A stretch of DNA of 64,000 nt from a virus (lineage: Duplodnaviria; Caudoviricetes): positions 128,001-192,000 of the IMG/VR virus record IMGVR_UViG_3300037721_000031; one strand, given 5' to 3'. This document shows, piece after piece, positions 57,804 to 64,000 of this stretch. Position 1 is the first letter of the stretch. Every line of letters starts with the position of its first letter. Made by a program: the position numbers and the translations under genes. The notes beneath the pieces are model-generated. The model saw only the letters and a program-made list of their open reading frames with translations. It made no database searches and was not told where the DNA came from.

Positions 57804-59240
57804 ATGAGTATAGTGAAACCGTATCTTGGTCTTAGCAGAAATAGACTCACTGATTTAATTAATACTGATAACAATCCAGATCGTGTAGAAGGAGTGGACT
57901 TTACATACGGTCTTCCTCAGACGGTAACTGGTCCTAATGATGAAAACACCACTGTTACACTAACACCAGTGCAAGGAACTAACTATCGTAGTCCTGTAAA
58001 TGTTTTCTATAATAGACTCTCGATAGCTGTAGTAGGTGACCTACCGTATAACTCTATCGAACCAGCTGTGATTTCTAGTGCCCCATTCTGGATCAGAAAT
58101 GTTCTTCCAGAGATAAATAGAGCACTAGGACTAAACCTTGTGCCAGATGAAGTTGTTAACAGGTTATATACCTCTATACAACCAACTTACGAACTAACAA
58201 TCAACGGTAGTAAATCTTTAGCTTGGCTGTCTAGCACATTACAGTTTGACGCAGTTACTACCCCACTATTTAGGCTTGATACCTCAATAACAACTAGTCT
58301 ACTGTCAGGTTTTAATAGCCAAAGCATACAGCTTAATAGTAAAATCACATTAAGTACTTTAGACGGATTTGATTTAGGTCTTATAAATATCAATAGTCTT
58401 ATTACAAGTGATAATCTGGATGGATTTGATGTACAGAAGATGTCTCTTACAAGTACTATAACTGATGAGAGTTTAGATGGATTTGATATAGCTGCTGCAA
58501 CGTTGAATAGTTCAATGGTTAGTAACCTTGACGGATTTGATATAGTCTATGCTGATATTAACAGTACAATCAATACTGAGTATCTAGATGGCTTCGATAG
58601 CGCGGAAGTCGATGTCTCAAACTTTATCACATTTACTAACTTTGATGGCTTTAGTATTACGACAGTAGATATTAATCAGTTGATATCTCAAGATGATCTA
58701 GATGGATTTGATAAAGTAACTGCTCCACTATCTAATTCGATATCTACTAATTTAGATGGATTTGACAGTACACTCGCTAGTATTAATACCGTTATAAGTA
58801 CACCGAATTTAGATGGATTTGATAGCCAACTTGCTAATGTCTCCGAGTTAATAACATTAACAAATTTTGATGGTTTCAGTCCTACAACTGTTAGTATAGA
58901 ACAACTGGTGCTTGAAGAAATACTTGACGGATTTGATAAAGTCACTGAATCAATAGATAACTTAGTATCAACAGATGTATTAGATGGTTTCGATCTAATG
59001 CCGGAATCAATGGATAATCTGATACCTGAAGAAGTCTTAGATGGATTTGATAAGGTTACAGAAACTATAAGTAATCTAATGCCGGTAGGTCAGTTAGATG
59101 GGTTTACACCAGTGACTGTATCCCTTGATGAACTTATACTTAGTGAGTCACTTGATGGATTCGACAAAGTGACTGCGTCAATGGATGAATTAGTACTTGA
59201 TGACGTTCTTGACGGATTTGACCCAGAGATTATGATTTAA
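57804..59240 (+). CDS. Virion tail/baseplate-associated protein with 17 tandem ~19-aa LDGF repeats
   Basis: phiKZ-like N-terminal domain (NTTVTL...YNRL) followed by (x)nLDGFD repeats to the C-terminus. Confidence 0.75.
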   Translation: MSIVKPYLGLSRNRLTDLINTDNNPDRVEGVDFTYGLPQTVTGPNDENTTVTLTPVQGTNYRSPVNVFYNRLSIAVVGDLPYNSIEPAVISSAPFWIRNVLPEINRALGLNLVPDEVVNRLYTSIQPTYELTINGSKSLAWLSSTLQFDAVTTPLFRLDTSITTSLLSGFNSQSIQLNSKITLSTLDGFDLGLININSLITSDNLDGFDVQKMSLTSTITDESLDGFDIAAATLNSSMVSNLDGFDIVYADINSTINTEYLDGFDSAEVDVSNFITFTNFDGFSITTVDINQLISQDDLDGFDKVTAPLSNSISTNLDGFDSTLASINTVISTPNLDGFDSQLANVSELITLTNFDGFSPTTVSIEQLVLEEILDGFDKVTESIDNLVSTDVLDGFDLMPESMDNLIPEEVLDGFDKVTETISNLMPVGQLDGFTPVTVSLDELILSESLDGFDKVTASMDELVLDDVLDGFDPEIMI

Positions 59241-59364
59241 AGAAGTTAACTACAACTTCTGTAATGAATTCTAATTAAGGGAATTTAGGGTTCAGGTGGT
59301 AATATTTCTTTTTGTACAGTACTGACGTTAGTCATCGTACATAATTTACTTTTTTGGAAACAAC

Positions 59365-59826
59365 ATGCCTCACCAAATTGATAGAACCAAGACAGCCAGA
59401 CAAAATTTTATTGATCTCGTCAATACGGGGTCCGATTATGTTTTTGTTGGAACAGAATTTACAGAATCTGGTAGTCCTGAATTGTACACAGGGCAACCTG
59501 AAGTCAGTAATACTCAAATCACCTTAGAATCCACGCCTAACTCGGGATTTGTAGGAACGAAGACTGTGTATTATAGAAGACTAGATGCCGGTAACACTCG
59601 TACCGCAGCAGCTCTTGATTTCGATATTACTGAAACTGACGACTTAGCTAGCTTAAAGAATTTAATTTGTATTGAACATAATCTGGTAGCTAGCGAAGTT
59701 AACATCGTCGGTGACTTACCTACTGAAGTCGATGAGACTACGGTAATAAACGTATTCTTAGACCCATTTAGCCTTCTTTATACTGGTGGTACGTTTGAAG
59801 TTAATGTTACGTTAGTTGATATCTAA
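59365..59826 (+). CDS. Tail-associated protein, MPHQID paralog 1 (adaptor domain only)
   Basis: MPHQIDRTK..NFIDLVN...SNTQITL...GF.GTKT..YRRL. Confidence 0.7.
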   Translation: MPHQIDRTKTARQNFIDLVNTGSDYVFVGTEFTESGSPELYTGQPEVSNTQITLESTPNSGFVGTKTVYYRRLDAGNTRTAAALDFDITETDDLASLKNLICIEHNLVASEVNIVGDLPTEVDETTVINVFLDPFSLLYTGGTFEVNVTLVDI

Positions 59827-59916
59827 TGTAATTACTAGAATTAATGAGCGCATAAATGATGAGGACTTTTTCCTCATCATTTATATTATTTAAATAGATC
59901 ATTATACTAGGAAATT

Positions 59917-60390
59917 ATGCCTCACCAAATTGATAGAACTAAAAGCAGTTACCAGAATTTTATTGACCTTGTAAATACAGGATCGACACACACATTTACT
60001 GGTGATGAGTTTTTTGAGATTAGTACTCAGAATGTACAACCTTATACAGAAGAGCCTGGGATTGTTAATACTCAAGCAGAATTAATAGCTGCACCAGGCT
60101 CAGGATTTACAGGATCTAAGTTTATTCGATATAATCGTTTAGAGCCTGGCAATACTCGTTTCGGTGCATCTCTAGATTATGAGATTACATCTGAAGACAA
60201 TGATGCTTCTTTAAAAGAAAAGATCTGTGTGGAACACAATCTTATATTTAACGAAGTCAGTGTGGATGGTCAGATTCCTGAAATAGTCGGTGATACAAGT
60301 CAGATGACTGTGGTCTTTCCAGAGTTTAGTCTTATATACATCGCAGGCAGTATGCTTATCAATGTGACATTAGTAGAATCTAATCCTTAA
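59917..60390 (+). CDS. Tail-associated protein, MPHQID paralog 2 (adaptor domain only)
   Basis: Same conserved N-terminal architecture. Confidence 0.7.
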   Translation: MPHQIDRTKSSYQNFIDLVNTGSTHTFTGDEFFEISTQNVQPYTEEPGIVNTQAELIAAPGSGFTGSKFIRYNRLEPGNTRFGASLDYEITSEDNDASLKEKICVEHNLIFNEVSVDGQIPEIVGDTSQMTVVFPEFSLIYIAGSMLINVTLVESNP

Positions 60391-60524
60391 ATAATAATAA
60401 TAATAATAATAGTTATAATAAAGACATAATCAGTGGAGGCATAAATAGCTAGAATATATTCTCGTTATTTATGACGTTTGAGTTTAGCCGACTTCGTAAC
60501 TCTCGTCATAAAGGAGTCTCACAC

Positions 60525-61523
60525 ATGAGTCTTTTGAAGCCTTATTTAAGGTTAACACGCGACAGATTAACATCTCTCATAAATAACGACAGCGATCAAG
60601 ATAGAGTAGAAGGGGTTGACTTCGTATATAGCGACCCACAACAAGCTTTGGGTCCAAACGGTACAAACACAGTAGTTACTTTAATTCCGTTACCTGGATC
60701 TAGCTATTACGAACCTACTCAAGTTTACTATAACAGATTACATATATCTGTAGCTGCACAGTCATTTTATAACGCTGTTGAACCTGTTATTATTTTAAAT
60801 GTTCCGTTTAGGATGCACGATGTCCTAAACGAGATTAATAGAGTATTTGGATTGAGTCTTACTACAGACGACGTGATTAATACTGAACATACGTCTGAGG
60901 AAAGCTCGTATACTTTATTTACGAATGGTGATAAATCGTTAATCTGGATGTCAAGTACATTACAGTTTAGAGCTACAGTAGTGACAACAGGTACTGATTC
61001 TTTAGATAATCTAATACCAGTTGATTGTCTTGATGGATTTAGTCTACAATCAGCATCTTTATGCGAATTACTTGATGTGACTATTCTTGATGGATTCGGT
61101 TTGACCAATATGGTCCCACATGGTGATTTGGGTGGTATGGTTAATAGTCCATTAGATGGATTTGATTCAGACTGTATAGTTTTATCGCAAGCTATCAGCA
61201 ATACATTTCTAGACGGGTTCAGTGCCGGCACTGCAGTTCTGGATGATGTTATTGAATTGAGTTACCTGGACGGATTCAGCACTCTTAAAGTAAGTTTAGA
61301 AGATGTCTTTGAAAGTAATAATCTAAACGGCTTTACTAGCTATCCTTCAGAGCTAAGCTCAGTGTTGAATTCAAATATTCTTGATGGATTTACTTTTACG
61401 ATAGCCAGTCTTAGTGATATACTGAGTCAAGATGTATACGATGGCTTTGACCCTATCGAAACCGATTTGGAAGAAGTAATTCTTAGTACAAACTTTGACG
61501 GTTTTAACCCTAATGCATTATAG
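60525..61523 (+). CDS. Paralog of 57804-59240 with 9 LDGF repeats
   Basis: MSLLKPYLRLTRDRL... (AAGGAG RBS before 60525); L(D/N)GF repeats. Confidence 0.75.
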   Translation: MSLLKPYLRLTRDRLTSLINNDSDQDRVEGVDFVYSDPQQALGPNGTNTVVTLIPLPGSSYYEPTQVYYNRLHISVAAQSFYNAVEPVIILNVPFRMHDVLNEINRVFGLSLTTDDVINTEHTSEESSYTLFTNGDKSLIWMSSTLQFRATVVTTGTDSLDNLIPVDCLDGFSLQSASLCELLDVTILDGFGLTNMVPHGDLGGMVNSPLDGFDSDCIVLSQAISNTFLDGFSAGTAVLDDVIELSYLDGFSTLKVSLEDVFESNNLNGFTSYPSELSSVLNSNILDGFTFTIASLSDILSQDVYDGFDPIETDLEEVILSTNFDGFNPNAL

Positions 61524-61582
61524 TAAAGCATTAGTACTAAGTAGTCCAATCAGTAATTAACCTTATTTTTCGTAGAAACAAT

Positions 61583-62635
61583 ATGCCACATCAAATTGAT
61601 AAAACTAAAACTGCCGAACAGAACTTGATTGATCTTATTAACGCTACATCTGAGTATACTTTTACAGGAGAAGAATTTACACATGGTACTCCTGAAGAGT
61701 ATACTCCTGAATCACCAGATATAAGCAACACACAGGTACTATTAACAGCTGTACCTGGATCTGGCGTTACTGGTACCAAGATTATTACGTATCGTCGTCT
61801 GGAAATGGGTAAGACTGTTACAGCGGCACCTCGGACTTTCGAAGTCACTTCTTCTGATAATCAAGCTAGTGTTGAAGAACTTATTGCTGAAGCGCATAAC
61901 TTAGTATATGGTCAGTTTTACCTGTCTGGCTCTATCCCGTCACCAGGTGGTTCAGATACAAACTGTACATTACACGCCTACAGTGATAGCTTGCTGTATT
62001 TCGGCACATGTCCAATTACATTAACCTCAGAAGAAGTTGCACCTCCTGCTGAACAAAATGTGTTTCAATTGAGAACACGTACACCGAATATACAGTATAC
62101 AAGTGTGTATTTAGCAGATGTTCCAACTGCGATTGTTATTGGTAATGATGCGAATACTGCTACAGAAGAGTGGAGTACTGCGTTTAATCCGAATATTACT
62201 ACGGATGAATCAACTGTATCGTTAAGTGGTCCAGGTACTGCAGCAGATTTCTTCACCACGCGCCAACCTTCCACAGAAGGTCCTCGTTATTGGGAAATAC
62301 TTATTGTTAACGTCGCACCTGAATTGGGTACTTTTGCTATTGGCTTGTACGGTCATCCGTTTAATGATTTCAATGAAAATCTTTATGTTGGTGGTGCGCC
62401 AGATATCGGCGGCAGTGCAACTTATTACGAGTCGACTGGCTTTATTGTAAACAACAATAGCACTGTTACATCAGGTCCTGTACTTGCAGAAGGTGACGTT
62501 GTTGGTATTGTTGTTAGTAATCCGGCAGTGCCTAATGCAGCTAGGTTCTATGTTAATGGTGTATTTATTGGTACAGCAGACGTAGCCGCTTCATCAGTAA
62601 CACCAATTGCTTCACAGAAACAAATTGAAGTTTAA
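61583..62635 (+). CDS. Tail-associated protein, MPHQID paralog 3 with C-terminal SPRY/lectin-like domain
   Basis: Adaptor domain plus GPRYWEI...FAIGL...GDVVGIVV...FYVNG. Confidence 0.65.
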   Translation: MPHQIDKTKTAEQNLIDLINATSEYTFTGEEFTHGTPEEYTPESPDISNTQVLLTAVPGSGVTGTKIITYRRLEMGKTVTAAPRTFEVTSSDNQASVEELIAEAHNLVYGQFYLSGSIPSPGGSDTNCTLHAYSDSLLYFGTCPITLTSEEVAPPAEQNVFQLRTRTPNIQYTSVYLADVPTAIVIGNDANTATEEWSTAFNPNITTDESTVSLSGPGTAADFFTTRQPSTEGPRYWEILIVNVAPELGTFAIGLYGHPFNDFNENLYVGGAPDIGGSATYYESTGFIVNNNSTVTSGPVLAEGDVVGIVVSNPAVPNAARFYVNGVFIGTADVAASSVTPIASQKQIEV

Positions 62636-62685
62636 GTACTCTATAACGTTTTTAATAATTTAACTTCTTAAAGAAGGAAAAAAAC

Positions 62686-63699
62686 ATGCCTCATCAAATC
62701 GACAGAGCAAAGACTGCTGATGAAAATCTGATTGACCTTATTAATACGGCATCTACTTATACTTTTACAGGAACCGAATTCACACACGGTGATCCTGCTG
62801 AGTATACTCCAGAGTCACCTGACACGAGTAATACTCAAATTACTCTTACATCAGTACCCGGGTCTGGTGTTACTGGTGCGAAGACCGTAAGATATCGCCG
62901 CTTAGAGATGGGTGAAACGCGAACTGGTGCTTCAACTACTTTTACAGTTGAAGATGGTGACGATAGAACTAGTCTCGAAGCAAAGATCGCTGTTGAACAT
63001 AACTTAGTTATTGGTCAGTTTACCTTAGTAGGTACTATACCTGAATACGGTGACGCTGATTCTAATTGTACAATAGAAGCTGTAACTAACAGCGTTCTCT
63101 ACTATGGGACAGCGGCTGTAGTTCTGAGTGAAGATTTGAGTGAACCGGTACCAGCTGGATATTCAGTCCGCATGCGTACAGTGCTGGAAGACATGATATA
63201 TGAAAGTAGTTATGTCGCTGCAGTAGCGGATGTTACAGGGCGAGCAGGCACTATAGATCCAGCGTCTATTGGTCCAGGCGTTACGTTGTCTGAACTGGAT
63301 ATGACGGCTGAATCTTCTGGTCTTGCTGCCTCTTGCCATGGTACTGAGAATAGCTTAGTACCAAATGGTATTGTCTGTGAGTGGGAGATTATTGGATCTG
63401 GTGATGCAAGAATGTCTGTTGGATTCTTATCTGGATCAGGTTCGTACGACAACAGTGCATTCCGTGCTGGCGATGATAACTTCCCGGGACCGTTCGGTAC
63501 GTGGTACGACAGTGATGGACAGGTAGTAGCTGCAGGTCAATCATCACTTGTTGCACCGACATACACTGTGGGTGATGTCATCGGTATTATCAATCGCTCT
63601 GGTACCGGTACTTTATTCTTCAAAAATGGAACTCAAGTACTTAACCCATCAGGCACATTGAACTTCCCAAGAGCTGCAATCTCTTTTGAAGCTGTTTAA
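62686..63699 (+). CDS. Tail-associated protein, MPHQID paralog 4 with C-terminal SPRY/lectin-like domain
   Basis: Adaptor domain plus CEWEI...SVGF...YTVGDVIGI...FFKNG. Confidence 0.65.
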   Translation: MPHQIDRAKTADENLIDLINTASTYTFTGTEFTHGDPAEYTPESPDTSNTQITLTSVPGSGVTGAKTVRYRRLEMGETRTGASTTFTVEDGDDRTSLEAKIAVEHNLVIGQFTLVGTIPEYGDADSNCTIEAVTNSVLYYGTAAVVLSEDLSEPVPAGYSVRMRTVLEDMIYESSYVAAVADVTGRAGTIDPASIGPGVTLSELDMTAESSGLAASCHGTENSLVPNGIVCEWEIIGSGDARMSVGFLSGSGSYDNSAFRAGDDNFPGPFGTWYDSDGQVVAAGQSSLVAPTYTVGDVIGIINRSGTGTLFFKNGTQVLNPSGTLNFPRAAISFEAV

Positions 63700-63746
63700 T
63701 ATCTGATTAAGAAGTTAATGTAGTTTTTATAAAGAAAAAAAGATGT

Positions 63747-63779
63747 CATAAGAGCCCGGGGAATTCCCCGGGCTCTATG
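63747..63779. terminator. Bidirectional terminator / palindrome
   Basis: cata-agagcccggggaattccccgggctct-atg. Confidence 0.75.
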
Positions 63780-63785
63780 CTGTAA

Positions 63786-64000
63786 TTAAACAGAATGATG
63801 ATCAACATCTGAAGTAGTATCAATGCTGGTGCTAATGACAATACTATCTATTAGAAATAGTTTAGCGTCACTTGTCCTACCGCAGTAACCTAAGTCTCTG
63901 TAGAATATACCAGCCACTTTAGTATAGATACTAGCTAGACCAGAAGTAGTCTGAATTACAGTTAGCGCAGTATCGCTAAAGAAGCTAAGTAAAAGGTCTT
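63786..64000 (-). CDS. C-terminal fragment of a gene running off the window
   Basis: Open frame ...DLLLSFFSDTALTVIQTTSG...DHHSV* ending at 63786. Confidence 0.5.
   Translation of the reverse strand, partial: DLLLSFFSDTALTVIQTTSGLASIYTKVAGIFYRDLGYCGRTSDAKLFLIDSIVISTSIDTTSDVDHHSV

Noticed and set aside
58250-59240. Periodic GATGGATTTGA motif as a CRISPR array or DNA repeat
   Set aside because: The repeats are short, degenerate at third codon positions and in frame, so this is a protein repeat; no cas genes
61583-63699. Diversity-generating retroelement (TR/VR pair) in the tail paralogs
   Set aside because: No reverse transcriptase in the window; similarity is at the 5' ends and differences are not adenine-specific

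Overview
This is a 64-kb, AT-rich segment of a phiKZ-like (Chimalliviridae-type) jumbo phage genome, probably infecting a beta/gamma-proteobacterium. From left to right it contains six blocks. (1) A radical SAM/SPASM-type gene cluster and a CYTH-domain gene. (2) A tail fibre with an S74 chaperone domain, two-component spanins and RuvC. (3) The conserved phiKZ core: gp127/128-like virion proteins, portal (gp129-like), nvRNAP subunit (gp123-like), major capsid protein (gp120-like) and DnaB-like helicase (gp118-like). (4) An early/accessory region with a tRNA cluster at 32.4-37.8 kb, HNH endonucleases and a Tad1/Acb2-like sponge. (5) Auxiliary genes: PhoH, RlmN-like radical SAM, HslV-like, SleB-like hydrolase, thioredoxin, RecJ, Dcd and SspB. 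(6) Six paralogous tail/baseplate genes, two of which end in long 19-aa LDGF repeat tracts. The main unexplained signal is about 3.2 kb of ORF-free, heavily base-paired sequence in and around the tRNA cluster. It comprises two ~0.9-kb ornate ncRNA candidates, a free-standing ~990-nt group I intron-like ribozyme carrying a tRNA-like module, and a complete tRNA body whose anticodon loop is replaced by a ~250-nt structured insert. All family calls come from motifs recognised by eye; no database searches were run.
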